IMG/VR virus record: IMGVR_UViG_3300049794_000047
Direction: 5' to 3' (one strand)
DNA length: 64,000 nt
DNA from: a virus
Lineage: Duplodnaviria; Caudoviricetes
In this document: positions 1 through 9,153 of the stretch, piece by piece
Layout: each line of letters begins with the position of its first letter
Numbering within the stretch: the first letter of the stretch is position 1
Translations under genes and position numbers: made by a program
The notes under the pieces: model-generated
What the model saw: only the letters and a program-made list of their open reading frames with translations
Database searches by the model: none
What the model was told of the DNA's origin: nothing

Positions 1-61
1 TCCAAGGAAGAAGCTAGGATCGCGCGAGAAAGCGTGAAGAAACGCAAGGAGCAGGGATCCC

Positions 62-484
62 GTGGTGACTGACGTCGTGCAACGTGTCAAAACCTCGCGA
101 CGGAGGCTCGAGCGTGCTCTCCTCACAATCGCCGAAAATTGGAAGCTCTACGGAAGCAACGTCGCCGATTACAAGACGCTCGGCCCCATTGAGGGCCACG
201 CGCATGAACTAGCACACACTCTCGATCTCGGACCCGACTTCGAGACCAGGATCGACGGCATGGGGGCTGACGAGGCCAATTCACATGAGGCGGCAGCCCT
301 TCGCATCGAGGTAGCGGCGCTGGCGAGACTCGGCGTCTACTTGTCGATGCGTCGTCTCTGGGCGTCCGCGAAGTGGGAAGATTCCAACGGAATTCCGGGG
401 CTTGCTCAATTGCGAATGACCCTGAATCAGCATGAACGAAACTGCGTGAGACGCTTCGTGACCATGGTTACCCACGAGATTTAA
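62..484 (+). CDS. hypothetical protein
   Basis: 140-aa ORF, RBS-like GGAG upstream, first of a tightly packed + strand run. Confidence 0.6.
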   Translation: MVTDVVQRVKTSRRRLERALLTIAENWKLYGSNVADYKTLGPIEGHAHELAHTLDLGPDFETRIDGMGADEANSHEAAALRIEVAALARLGVYLSMRRLWASAKWEDSNGIPGLAQLRMTLNQHERNCVRRFVTMVTHEI

Positions 485-485
485 C

Positions 486-791
486 ATGACCCGAGAAGAC
501 TCCATCCGCTCCAAGACGTGGGTGACCGATGACGGCCGCTACCTAACCGTCGACGAAATCACCGACGATCATCTGCACAACATCCGCCTCATGCTTTGCG
601 CCGGCATAACACCTGGATATGACCAGACCGCGGGCCGTGAGATCGCCCGCGCCCGTGCGGCACGTCGCGAGAATTTGCTGGACTACACCATCGACGGCAC
701 ATGGGCAGAACTTGATCAGGACATGTATGCCGCTGCATGGCTCCAGATCATCGACGACGAGCTCGCCCAACGCCAAGAAGACGTCGCATGA
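486..791 (+). CDS. hypothetical phage-type protein
   Basis: 101-aa ORF abutting the previous gene; ATGA overlap with the next. Confidence 0.65.
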   Translation: MTREDSIRSKTWVTDDGRYLTVDEITDDHLHNIRLMLCAGITPGYDQTAGREIARARAARRENLLDYTIDGTWAELDQDMYAAAWLQIIDDELAQRQEDVA

Positions 792-1270
792 TCGGATACT
801 CCGAGCGGAACTATTTTTCATCCCCGTCCGTCGCGGCGTACCGACAAGCGTGCGCCCTCGTCGATCGGGTATCGAGCCACACCTCGAGTGACGGCTGTGA
901 ACTTCGATGTCATGAGCTCGCTCGCGCGGTTGCTCAGCGCCTCGTCATGAGTGGTTTCACAGCGGAGGTGGTCGATGGTAAAATGTGGTGGATCGATCAC
1001 ACTTGGATCTTGCTGTCAGGCCAGGAAGACGCAGCACTACTCGACGTCTATGTCCCGGGGCGAATTCCGCAAGTGCAGCTGATCCACGACCATTCATCGG
1101 TATCTCGTGGGTACGAACGATGGGCACGACCTCGTACGGACATTCGGCACGCCGTGGTTGACGAACTGATCCTCTTGATGGCTTACAAGAACGACATCGA
1201 CGAGAAAATCGTCGTCACGGATCAAGAGTTGATCGGCAAGCACGCAGTCCTCAATGAAGGCAAGCGGTGA
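788..1270 (+). CDS. hypothetical protein, possible transglutaminase/papain-like Cys-His-Asp fold
   Basis: Start at the ATGA overlap; motifs RCHELARAV, DHTWI, LLDVY occur in triad order. Confidence 0.45.
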   Translation: MIGYSERNYFSSPSVAAYRQACALVDRVSSHTSSDGCELRCHELARAVAQRLVMSGFTAEVVDGKMWWIDHTWILLSGQEDAALLDVYVPGRIPQVQLIHDHSSVSRGYERWARPRTDIRHAVVDELILLMAYKNDIDEKIVVTDQELIGKHAVLNEGKR

Positions 1271-1965
1271 TGAGTCGGTTCGCAGAAGCCCTTTCCACGG
1301 GCCAATTGACGTTCGCGAGTAACATGGTCGCCCAGAAGCACCACGTGGTGCGTCTGCGTTACAGTGCATTCGATGATGACGTTGAAGCTTTGAGCAAGTC
1401 CCTCTCCAAGACGAAGCGAACGGTGAAGATCACCGAGATCGACTCCGAACGTCGTGGTCTGTGGAGTGCGACCGGACTCTGCGGCGTTCACGGCGATCAA
1501 GTTACCTTCGGCAACCGTTCGCGCTACTCCTGGCGCCCGCTGCAAAACCCGAGTCTGGAGACTGTGTGCAAGGGTTGCCTACGCGCGTGGAAGAAGCTCG
1601 GAGAGCCCGAGATCGCTGGCTGGGATCGCAGCGCGCATCCCCAAGACGCCTGGCCGTGGAATCTGCCGTTTGGCTGGCGCGACGTTCCCGCCGAGGGACA
1701 CCCGTGGGATGTGCCGGCAAACACGTCGGTCGAGAGCGTCAAGGACAAAACGGGCGCCATTGTCGGAGAGCACCGCATCGAGTTGCGTCGCTGGGTGCGA
1801 GGTCCGCGCATCATCCGACTCGTCCACCACGTCGACACGGACATCTACGCAGCGAGGTGCTGGCGATCAGACGTCGAGCCAGACGACGAGCGGTGCGCGA
1901 TCCAGGGCACGTTGCAGCACGCCAGGCAGGCGTGTCAAAAATTGATGGCCCAAGGAGGTTACTAG
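1267..1965 (+). CDS. hypothetical protein with Cys motifs
   Basis: 232-aa ORF coupled to the upstream gene; LCG...VCKGC. Confidence 0.6.
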   Translation: MMSRFAEALSTGQLTFASNMVAQKHHVVRLRYSAFDDDVEALSKSLSKTKRTVKITEIDSERRGLWSATGLCGVHGDQVTFGNRSRYSWRPLQNPSLETVCKGCLRAWKKLGEPEIAGWDRSAHPQDAWPWNLPFGWRDVPAEGHPWDVPANTSVESVKDKTGAIVGEHRIELRRWVRGPRIIRLVHHVDTDIYAARCWRSDVEPDDERCAIQGTLQHARQACQKLMAQGGY

Positions 1966-1993
1966 GACCCATGCTTGCCCCGATTAACATGCC

Positions 1994-2404
1994 ATGAGTG
2001 ATCAATATCCACCTTTCGTGGTCAAGCGTTCCGATGGTTTCGTCGGTGTTGAGTTGAGCGTTTCTGATCAGCTAACACCGTTGGAAGCGCGTAAGCTTGC
2101 GGAGCAACTCCTAATCTCCGCGCGCGCCGCAGAGGACGATGACTATCGCGACCCCACGGAAGCCTGCGGCTGGATCGTGTGGGAGCGCGCGACCGACGGT
2201 GAACGTCCTCATATCCGCGCCATTGACCTGTCGGAACAACAGGCCCACACGCACGTCGCGTACCTCAAGGCCGAGGCCAGGATGCAACGCCCATCGAAAC
2301 CAGAACCAGACCTGCTCATTGAAGAAACACGCCTCGATCATCTCTATGCTGCCGCACTGCTGGAGGCACTTCAGAAGCGCGGCACGAAACAGCGCGGAGA
2401 GTGA
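1994..2404 (+). CDS. hypothetical protein
   Basis: 136-aa ORF; GTGA overlap with the ATPase. Confidence 0.6.
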   Translation: MSDQYPPFVVKRSDGFVGVELSVSDQLTPLEARKLAEQLLISARAAEDDDYRDPTEACGWIVWERATDGERPHIRAIDLSEQQAHTHVAYLKAEARMQRPSKPEPDLLIEETRLDHLYAAALLEALQKRGTKQRGE

Positions 2405-4167
2405 CTGTGCAGATCACGATCAAGAGCCGAATCGCGCAAAAGCTGCGCTCCGATGTCGAAGCGTTCCAGAAGATGGAACTGGGCTGGGACGAAGACGCGG
2501 GTGAGCACAAGCACCGCGCCGTTGACCTCGATCTTGGCAAGCTGACGCGCGCGGAATGTGGAAAGTTGCGTGACATCTTCCACACGTCCGGGATCCAGGG
2601 CACGCGCGCCCTCGCCGCGGACATCACGAAGTACCTGCGCGCAGCCCAGGAGGGCGTCGAGAAGATGACGGCGCGCGTCGTGCGCCAGGCGGCGTGGATG
2701 TTGGAGTTCTTCTTCGCGCACCTGCCTCACCACATGATGTTCTCCAAAGACGAATATGAAGGCGGATCCTACGCTGGCTACTACATCGAGGACGTTGCGT
2801 ATCGCGAGCGTCAGGATCACGGTCGAGGCAGCGTGATACCAGAGCACGTCGTCGTCGACTTGCTGTGGATCGACAAGGACACGCGGCGGTCGGAACACCT
2901 GAACTGGTACGCCGAGGATGTGCTCGGCATGTCGCCCGTCGAGATGCTTCAGGGACAGGGCTGCGTCGCCGAGACACCAGACCTGATGGAGCGCCTCCGC
3001 GTCGAGACCGAGTTGTATTACGAGACACGCGACAAGGTCGGCAAAAAGTACACGGCGCGCGGCCTGGCGAAGGACGATCTTGACGACGCTGCCGAGCGGG
3101 CCACCGAGTCCATGTACGGGTGGAGCCAATCTTCTAAGTCGAAGGTCCTTCGCATGGACCTGTTCGGGGTGGAAACACCCGTTGTGATCGACATCCTGTT
3201 CGAGAAGGACGACAAGGAGAACAGCCGAAGCAACGGCAGCGGCAGCGTGAACCTCTACCGCTGGCACCCCTGGAACATGCGCTTCCATTCCCCGAGCGAG
3301 GATGACCTCGCGCGGCACCTGGAGGCTGACGAGGACACGGACTTCGCCCCCGAGTTGCAGTTGCCCGTGCACCCGTTGGTCCCCTGTTTCGACTTGAAAC
3401 GCCACGCACGGCTGCGCGTGCACGTGAACAACCTCACCGAGTACGTGTACCGTCCCGAGGTCGCGAGCGGACTGGTGATCCCAGAGCGTGATCGCGCCTT
3501 GATCGACCTCCTGGTCGATCAATCATCCAACAACTTCCAGGACGTCGTCGAAGGCAAGGGTCAGTCGATGAACATCCTGTCTGGTGGAGTGGCAGGGACC
3601 GGGAAGACACTCACCGCCGAGGTGTTCGCGGAGTTCAAGGGTCGACCCCTGTACAACGTTCAATGCAGCCAACTCGGCCTCAACCCAGAGCAGGTCGAGC
3701 AGAACCTGGGAATCGTGTTGCAGCGAGCGAACCGCTGGAGCGCGATCCTGCTTCTCGACGAGGCCGACGTATACATCCGCCGGCGCGGCGACGACCTCAT
3801 GCGCAACGCGATCGTCGGCGTATTCTTGCGTGTTCTTGAATACGCGCAGTGCATCTTGTTCATGACCACGAACCTCGCCGGTGATGTCGACGACGCGATC
3901 GCATCGCGATGCATCGTCAAGATCAGCTACGACCTCCCTAGCGCAGACGCCCAGCACAAGATCTGGCGCGCGCTCGCCGACCTGAACCGCATCGACCTGC
4001 CGGAAGACACGATCACCGCATTTGTTGCGGCGCACCCACGCATCAGCGGGCGTGACGTCAAGAACCTGCTCAAGCTTGCGTCGTTCGTCTCGGCACGAGA
4101 CGGTAGATCCGTCGACCTCCAGACGCTGGAGTTCGCGCTTGAATACAAGCCCACAGCGGTCGTGTAA
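2401..4167 (+). CDS. AAA+ family ATPase
   Basis: Walker A GVAGTGKT, Walker B ILLLDEAD, sensor-1 FMTTN, DAIASR arginine-finger region, SGRDVKNL. Confidence 0.9.
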   Translation: MTVQITIKSRIAQKLRSDVEAFQKMELGWDEDAGEHKHRAVDLDLGKLTRAECGKLRDIFHTSGIQGTRALAADITKYLRAAQEGVEKMTARVVRQAAWMLEFFFAHLPHHMMFSKDEYEGGSYAGYYIEDVAYRERQDHGRGSVIPEHVVVDLLWIDKDTRRSEHLNWYAEDVLGMSPVEMLQGQGCVAETPDLMERLRVETELYYETRDKVGKKYTARGLAKDDLDDAAERATESMYGWSQSSKSKVLRMDLFGVETPVVIDILFEKDDKENSRSNGSGSVNLYRWHPWNMRFHSPSEDDLARHLEADEDTDFAPELQLPVHPLVPCFDLKRHARLRVHVNNLTEYVYRPEVASGLVIPERDRALIDLLVDQSSNNFQDVVEGKGQSMNILSGGVAGTGKTLTAEVFAEFKGRPLYNVQCSQLGLNPEQVEQNLGIVLQRANRWSAILLLDEADVYIRRRGDDLMRNAIVGVFLRVLEYAQCILFMTTNLAGDVDDAIASRCIVKISYDLPSADAQHKIWRALADLNRIDLPEDTITAFVAAHPRISGRDVKNLLKLASFVSARDGRSVDLQTLEFALEYKPTAVV

Positions 4168-4212
4168 GCTGCGCGCGCTCTTTCACCCCAGAGGACGTCA
4201 TGATCAAGCTAA

Positions 4213-4298
4213 TGGGCTGGAACGAAATAACCTGGTCATTTCGGGTGGATCTTCGTCCGAAAATCTGGTAAATGACCAAGTTAATAAAGTCCAGCCCC
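4213..4298 (+). mobile_element. 86-bp hairpin MITE, copy 1
   Basis: Imperfect TIR (T/G)GGGCTGGAACGAAATAACCTGGTCATTT...AAATGACCAAGTTAATAAAGTCCAGCCCC, TAA on both sides. Confidence 0.85.
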
Positions 4299-4613
4299 TA
4301 ACTTGGTCATTTTGAAGAGGCGAGTGATCATGAATGACAAAGAATCCCTCCCGATCGATCGCCCCGCGAAGGAACGAACGGGCACCAGACCACGGTCGTT
4401 CTCCACAACCACGTCCACTGTCACACCGCGCGTCAGGCAGAGGGCGGCGACTGCGGCACGCGCTTCGAGGCCCGCTGCTCGTGCGGCTGGGAGTAGGGAG
4501 CCAGCAGCCGCGCCGCGGCCGACGCGATCGCTGTCGGACACCGCGGCTACTCGCCGGATGCCGCGGTCATCGTCACTTCGGACATCCCCCAGCCTCGGAA
4601 ATCAGTGGAAGCC

Positions 4614-5198
4614 ATGATCGGCGACCCGAACCATTTGGCCTTTGAAATCACGTGGCCCGCCCAAGAGCCCGTAGCCGTGCAGGGTCTCGGCTGGGGGGAC
4701 CTCGTCGTGTGGTTCTCGGGGTGCGCCCTATGGGCAGCAGGTACACAAGCCCAGCCGGTAGCGTGGACCTGGATCGATCTCGTCGAGCACTTGGCACGCG
4801 CCTGGGGCCCTTTACTGTACGAAGAGCTCTACCCGTATGGGCTCGTCGCGATCGGCCCCGAAGCGTTACGAACGCGTACCCTGCTCACAAGCGTGACCGG
4901 AAAGACCGCGAACGAGGTTGAGGACGCCGTGCATGCGTTCCAGCAACGCCACGACCTCGCTGCCGGGCTTAAGGGTCTCGCGCTTCCGCCGATCTGGCTC
5001 GTGCGCGAGGGGGCGCTGATGCGGATACGCGCAGAGGGGCAGGACCTGTGGCGGCCCTGTAACGAGGTACTGACAACACTCACCCGCTTCGTTGAGGAAG
5101 TCCGCACACGGACTGGCACACAGGGGGCGCGTGCCAAGAACGCCTTCGAGCGGTGGGACGCGCGGATGTCGCACGGAGAACTGTGGTCTCCCAGGTAA
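4614..5198 (+). CDS. hypothetical protein, possibly C-terminally truncated
   Basis: Protein-like 194-aa ORF; its stop lies within the first bases of the repeated leader at 5191. Confidence 0.6.
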   Translation: MIGDPNHLAFEITWPAQEPVAVQGLGWGDLVVWFSGCALWAAGTQAQPVAWTWIDLVEHLARAWGPLLYEELYPYGLVAIGPEALRTRTLLTSVTGKTANEVEDAVHAFQQRHDLAAGLKGLALPPIWLVREGALMRIRAEGQDLWRPCNEVLTTLTRFVEEVRTRTGTQGARAKNAFERWDARMSHGELWSPR

Positions 5199-5331
5199 CT
5201 GGCTACCCAGTATCTCGAAGACACCACCCTCGTGTACTGCCAGACACCGGGTGATCCACCACCCAAGGGGACCTGACAAAGACTTGCGCCTGCCTTCGTT
5301 CGGCATATCCCATGCACTAACGGAGAACATG
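5191..5331 (+). repeat. repeated ~140-bp promoter/leader module, copy 1 (diverged)
   Basis: Aligns with 6580 and 8554 (CTGGCTACCCAGTATC...GTGTAC...GACCTGAC...ACTTGC...GGCA). Confidence 0.75.
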
Positions 5332-5550
5332 ATGACATCCACGATCAAGGAGATCCCCGCGAGCGCCGACACGCCCGCCGATCAACCCTGCAAGACCTGG
5401 CACGTGTCCTACAGGCTGACCTCAAAGTCCCCGGTCCTGCCGATCAGTGACACGTCTTGCTCGCTGGATGAGGCCGTCCTGGAGTTCCAGGCCTGGCGGT
5501 CAGCGAACGGCATCGGGGACTATTACTCGGTCACCTTCGAGGAGGTCTAA
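5329..5550 (+). CDS. hypothetical protein
   Basis: ATG 13 nt after sigma54-like motif CGGCAT-N5-ATGCA (5301-5316). Confidence 0.55.
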   Translation: MMTSTIKEIPASADTPADQPCKTWHVSYRLTSKSPVLPISDTSCSLDEAVLEFQAWRSANGIGDYYSVTFEEV

Positions 5551-5552
5551 GG

Positions 5553-5849
5553 GTGGTGGTCGTCACTCCGCTCCACGCGCACTACTCGCCAGCCCACCTG
5601 GATTACGTGATTGAGCAGATGCGACGGCTTGGACCTCCCAAGATCCGCGCTTACTTCGACGCGGTATCAGGGGCCTGGATGGCTCGGGAAGGTACACCCC
5701 GTCTACGCGCCGCGAAGCTGCTCGACCTTCCGCCGGTCATGGTCCCGGTGCGCTGGCCGCACTCACACAAGGCCCTAGATCGCGCTAGATTCGCAGCGCT
5801 CCTGAGGGGCCACGCCTTTGAGAGGGTCGACGTGACCAATCCAGTATAG
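5553..5849 (+). CDS. small ParB/Srx N-terminal-like domain protein
   Basis: PPKIRAY...AREGTPRLRAAKLL resembles the ParB G.HRL.A motif. Confidence 0.55.
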   Translation: MVVVTPLHAHYSPAHLDYVIEQMRRLGPPKIRAYFDAVSGAWMAREGTPRLRAAKLLDLPPVMVPVRWPHSHKALDRARFAALLRGHAFERVDVTNPV

Positions 5850-5937
5850 CCCTAGAAGGAGAAGGCCTGACCACGAAGTGCACTGCCAGAAATGGCACGC
5901 TGAATGAACAACGCGCCGCCAAGCAGGGAACCTGAAC

Positions 5938-6147
5938 ATGAGCAACAACCTCCGATGCGACCTGTGTCATATAGGGTTCCGATCCTTCGATACCATTTAC
6001 GAGTCACCCGTGTTCGGTGACCGTGGCGGCGTGTTCCATGTGGAGTGCGCGGAGCACGTCGAGGCAATCATCAGGGAAGAAGGGACGAACGCTATTGCAC
6101 ACATTCTGTACCCGGGTCGCAGAACTGCAGACGAGAAGACCAAGTAG
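5938..6147 (+). CDS. small Cys/His hypothetical protein
   Basis: CDLC...FHVEC zinc-finger-like pattern. Confidence 0.5.
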   Translation: MSNNLRCDLCHIGFRSFDTIYESPVFGDRGGVFHVECAEHVEAIIREEGTNAIAHILYPGRRTADEKTK

Positions 6148-6149
6148 CC

Positions 6150-6530
6150 ATGCTCAAGCCCTCAGACAGCAAGCACAGCGACGAAGGGACAGCCTTCGCC
6201 CGCTGCTCTCGCTGCGGCCTCCCCGACGGCCGCCACATCGGCTACCACGACGCCCACGAGCTCCCCATCAAGCGGGGCCAGCGCGTCCGCGTCAGGGCTG
6301 GGGCCATCCTACACGCCACGTTGCCCCGCCCGTCCAAGCGAACCATGGTGAACAAGCGGTCCCGGGTGGTCACCGCCCTCAGCATCCACCATGGGCTGTC
6401 CGCGCACGTGGGGTACGATGACAACATGAAGAGCCTCTGGCACCCCATCGACGAGCCCCAGGTGTGCTGGCCCGGTGCTGGCGGGTACTGGCACTACGCC
6501 AACATGTCGGACTGTGCGGGGGTACCGTGA
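6150..6530 (+). CDS. hypothetical protein
   Basis: CSRCGLPDGRHIGYH..ELPI.RG module shared with the ORF at 37309. Confidence 0.55.
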   Translation: MLKPSDSKHSDEGTAFARCSRCGLPDGRHIGYHDAHELPIKRGQRVRVRAGAILHATLPRPSKRTMVNKRSRVVTALSIHHGLSAHVGYDDNMKSLWHPIDEPQVCWPGAGGYWHYANMSDCAGVP

Positions 6531-6579
6531 TCCTGAGAGCCCCGCCTTCGAGACCGTGGTCTGCGCATGGGCTAATGGA

Positions 6580-6797
6580 CTGCCAGGTGGCTGGCTACCC
6601 AGTATCCTGGAGACGCCACCCCCGTGTACCCCCAGCCACCGGGTATCTAGTTACTCGGTAGACCTGACGAGAACTTGCACTTGCCTTCGCCCGGCACGCT
6701 TCATGTATAAGGTGACGGTTATGGCCAAGTACTCACACGAAGAATGCCTCGCACTTGCACGCTTGGTACTGACCGACTGCAATAACGCCGTGGGTCC
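6580..6797 (+). repeat. repeated leader plus MAKYSHEEC N-terminus, copy 2
   Basis: Near-identical to 8554-8771, including the first ~25 codons. Confidence 0.9.
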
Positions 6798-7024
6798 TGC
6801 GGTTGGCCGGTTGCGTGCCATACGGCGGGGCCCCCAGTGAAGGCACTCACTAACGACGAGATCCTCGATGTGCGCGACGGCCGCATCCGCAGGAAAAGCG
6901 ACGGCATCAACGCCCGCGACGGACGAGACGTACACGATGGGTGCGTGTACCCCACAGGCCAAAAGTGCCGAGGTGCTGATCGTTGTCAGTTTCCCTCGCG
7001 ATGCGCCCGCAATGGAGGCACCCC

Positions 7025-7390
7025 ATGACCGACGCCTACCTCATCGTTGACGACCGCGAGGATCACAACTGGAAATACCGCCTGTCCTGGTATTTTCCCG
7101 ACGACGCTGACATCGGCGGCAGCCTCGGCGATTCCGTCTTTACCGAAGCGGACCTGAAAACGATCGACACGAGCGATGTTGACAGCGTGCTCGCCTACCT
7201 GGCAGTTTCCAAGCTGAAGGATGTCCAAAAGGACCACGGAGGCTTCTACTGGGAAACACAAAGAGCTGCACAGGCGGCGTTGCGCATCGCCAAAACCGCG
7301 ATTGCAGTCGGCGCCGAACGGTCAATGCCGGACTGGGCGAAACAGGCGCTCGCCGCTGGGTGGAAGGCCCCGAAGGGATGGAAGCCGTGA
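7025..7390 (+). CDS. hypothetical protein
   Basis: GGAGG RBS, ATGA coupling, 121 aa. Confidence 0.65.
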   Translation: MTDAYLIVDDREDHNWKYRLSWYFPDDADIGGSLGDSVFTEADLKTIDTSDVDSVLAYLAVSKLKDVQKDHGGFYWETQRAAQAALRIAKTAIAVGAERSMPDWAKQALAAGWKAPKGWKP

Positions 7391-7415
7391 GCCGTCTCGT
7401 GGATTCTCAAACACC

Positions 7416-7970
7416 ATGATCCTCATCGTGCACGGCGGTCAGACGGGCGTCGATCGCGGAGCTCACGAGGCCGCCCTCAACAACGGCTGGTTGATTGCGG
7501 GCTACATGCCTCGCGACGGACGCGATGAGCTCGGCAAAATCCCGGAGGGCGTTGCACGGTTCCTCGCGCCGCACGACAAACCGGGCCTCGCGGCACGCAC
7601 CGAGGCCAACGTACGTGCAGCTGCCGCGGCACTGATCATTGTGAGGGATATGAACGACCCCCGTGTTACGCCCGGCACTGCCAAGACGATCGACCTAGCA
7701 GCCACCCGACGCCTGCCACGGCTGATCGTCGATCCAACAACGGACACGATGCAGATCGCGCACTGGATCTGGAATAGCCAGCGTGTGTTCGGCACGTTGT
7801 TCCTGCCACTCATGGCTCCACCTGGCGATTCGCTTGGATCGATCCCGACGAGACTCCTCGTCGCCGGGCCCCGCGAGAGCAAGTGGCCGGGCGCGCGTGC
7901 CGAAACAACGGCACTGCTCCATAGGGTCGCTGACGCCCTCACAGCGCTTCCCCGGGCAGCCAAAACATAA
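7416..7970 (+). CDS. SLOG-superfamily protein (putative molybdenum-carrier/YpsA-like)
   Basis: IVHGGQTGVDRGA, ARTEANVR, GTAKT and VAGPRESK motifs. Confidence 0.85.
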   Translation: MILIVHGGQTGVDRGAHEAALNNGWLIAGYMPRDGRDELGKIPEGVARFLAPHDKPGLAARTEANVRAAAAALIIVRDMNDPRVTPGTAKTIDLAATRRLPRLIVDPTTDTMQIAHWIWNSQRVFGTLFLPLMAPPGDSLGSIPTRLLVAGPRESKWPGARAETTALLHRVADALTALPRAAKT

Positions 7971-8049
7971 CGCAAACTGCCGCCGCCACCCCGCCGCGGT
8001 GGTAGGATCGACCAATGGCGCCCCCTCACTTCAAGACGAGCCTGCTACG

Positions 8050-8526
8050 ATGACCCACGTCGAAGCCGATAACTTGATCGCGACACTCCCCAAACCGGGG
8101 GGGCTGCGACTCTTCCGTGAGGACGATCGAATCGTGATGGACGGTGGCAAGTTTGGCCCGCACACGCTCAGCGCCAAGGTCTCAAGCGCCGAGCGCCTGC
8201 TCGTGCACTGGAAAGGCTACGTCGAGAACCAGGGGCTTACCCTCGGTCCTGGTTACACGGCCGAGCGCCCAGCACCTGCGCTCATCCCACACCTCAAGAG
8301 CTCAGAGCGCGACTACGAGCCCGGTGACAAGATCGCGTTCAGCTCACCAAGCTACTCAGGAAAAGGCGATCACGGTTGGCGGCCGGGCGTCGTTGTGCGC
8401 GCGACGCCCAAGCGCGTGCTTGTCGAGTACTCGTTCAAGTACGACCTCGAGCAAGCCAAGAAGACCGGCAAAGAGCCGCGCCGTCACGAGATTTGGAAGA
8501 AACGCACCGAGGTACAAAAGCGCTGA
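8050..8526 (+). CDS. hypothetical protein
   Basis: 158-aa ORF; C-terminal SH3-like PGDKI...W.PGVVV pattern. Confidence 0.55.
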   Translation: MTHVEADNLIATLPKPGGLRLFREDDRIVMDGGKFGPHTLSAKVSSAERLLVHWKGYVENQGLTLGPGYTAERPAPALIPHLKSSERDYEPGDKIAFSSPSYSGKGDHGWRPGVVVRATPKRVLVEYSFKYDLEQAKKTGKEPRRHEIWKKRTEVQKR

Positions 8527-8553
8527 TCAACACATCCTTCGCTCGTGTCGAGG

Positions 8554-8771
8554 CTGCCAGGGGGCTGGTTACCCAGTATCCCGAAGACGCCACCGCCGTG
8601 TACCCCCAGTCCCTGGGCAGCTAGTTACCCGGTAGACTTGACGAGAACTTGCACGCGCATTCACTTGGCACGCCTCATGTATAAGGTGACTGTTATGGCC
8701 AAGTACTCACACGAAGAATGCCTCGCACTTGCACGCTTGGTACTGACCGACTGCAATAACGCCATCGGTCC
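8554..8771 (+). repeat. repeated leader plus MAKYSHEEC N-terminus, copy 3
   Basis: Near-identical to 6580-6797. Confidence 0.9.
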
Positions 8772-8863
8772 AGCGTTCAGCCAGTTGCGCGCTCTATTCC
8801 CAATTCTCACGTTGCGCGAGGCGATCGCATTGATCGAGAAAGCACGGTTCGACCTCGCCCTTA
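8695..8863 (+). pseudogene. small ORF interrupted by MITE copy 2
   Basis: The reading frame runs into the MITE at TTA 8861-8863. Confidence 0.5.
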
Positions 8864-8949
8864 GGAGCTGGACTTTATTAACTTGGTCATTTGAACGATT
8901 CCCCGACGAAGATCCACCAGAAATGACCAGGTTATTTCGTTCCAGCCCC
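8864..8949 (-). mobile_element. 86-bp hairpin MITE, copy 2
   Basis: Reverse orientation, TTA on both sides. Confidence 0.85.
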
Positions 8950-9014
8950 TTACAAAGATCTTCCAAGCCTCATAACCAGCCCGCCCCTTGCCAGGGCGCG
9001 GCAGTAGGATCATC

Positions 9015-9129
9015 CATGCTTATCCGGATAGCACCCAGAGCAAGAGTCGGTCCTCTGGTGAACCATTTGGAATTCCTCGGGATCGACGATCGGCAAAGTC
9101 CGCACAGGGGCAACAACCGGATAAGCATG
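9015..9129. mobile_element. 115-bp non-autonomous IS1595-family MITE
   Basis: Ends CATGCTTATCCGG / CCGGATAAGCATG match the TIR family of the adjacent IS; flanks are not duplicated. Confidence 0.7.
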
Positions 9130-9153
9130 GTTTGATCCATGCCTGTCCGGTTG

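Noticed and set aside
2371-3522. 383-aa - strand ORF and similar long antisense ORFs (19457-20332, 56581-57723, 29031-29978)
   Set aside because: GC-rich shadow frames opposite well-supported genes.
4022-4315. Recurrent peptides such as GLERNNLVISGGSSS as a protein family
   Set aside because: They are translations of the non-coding MITE.
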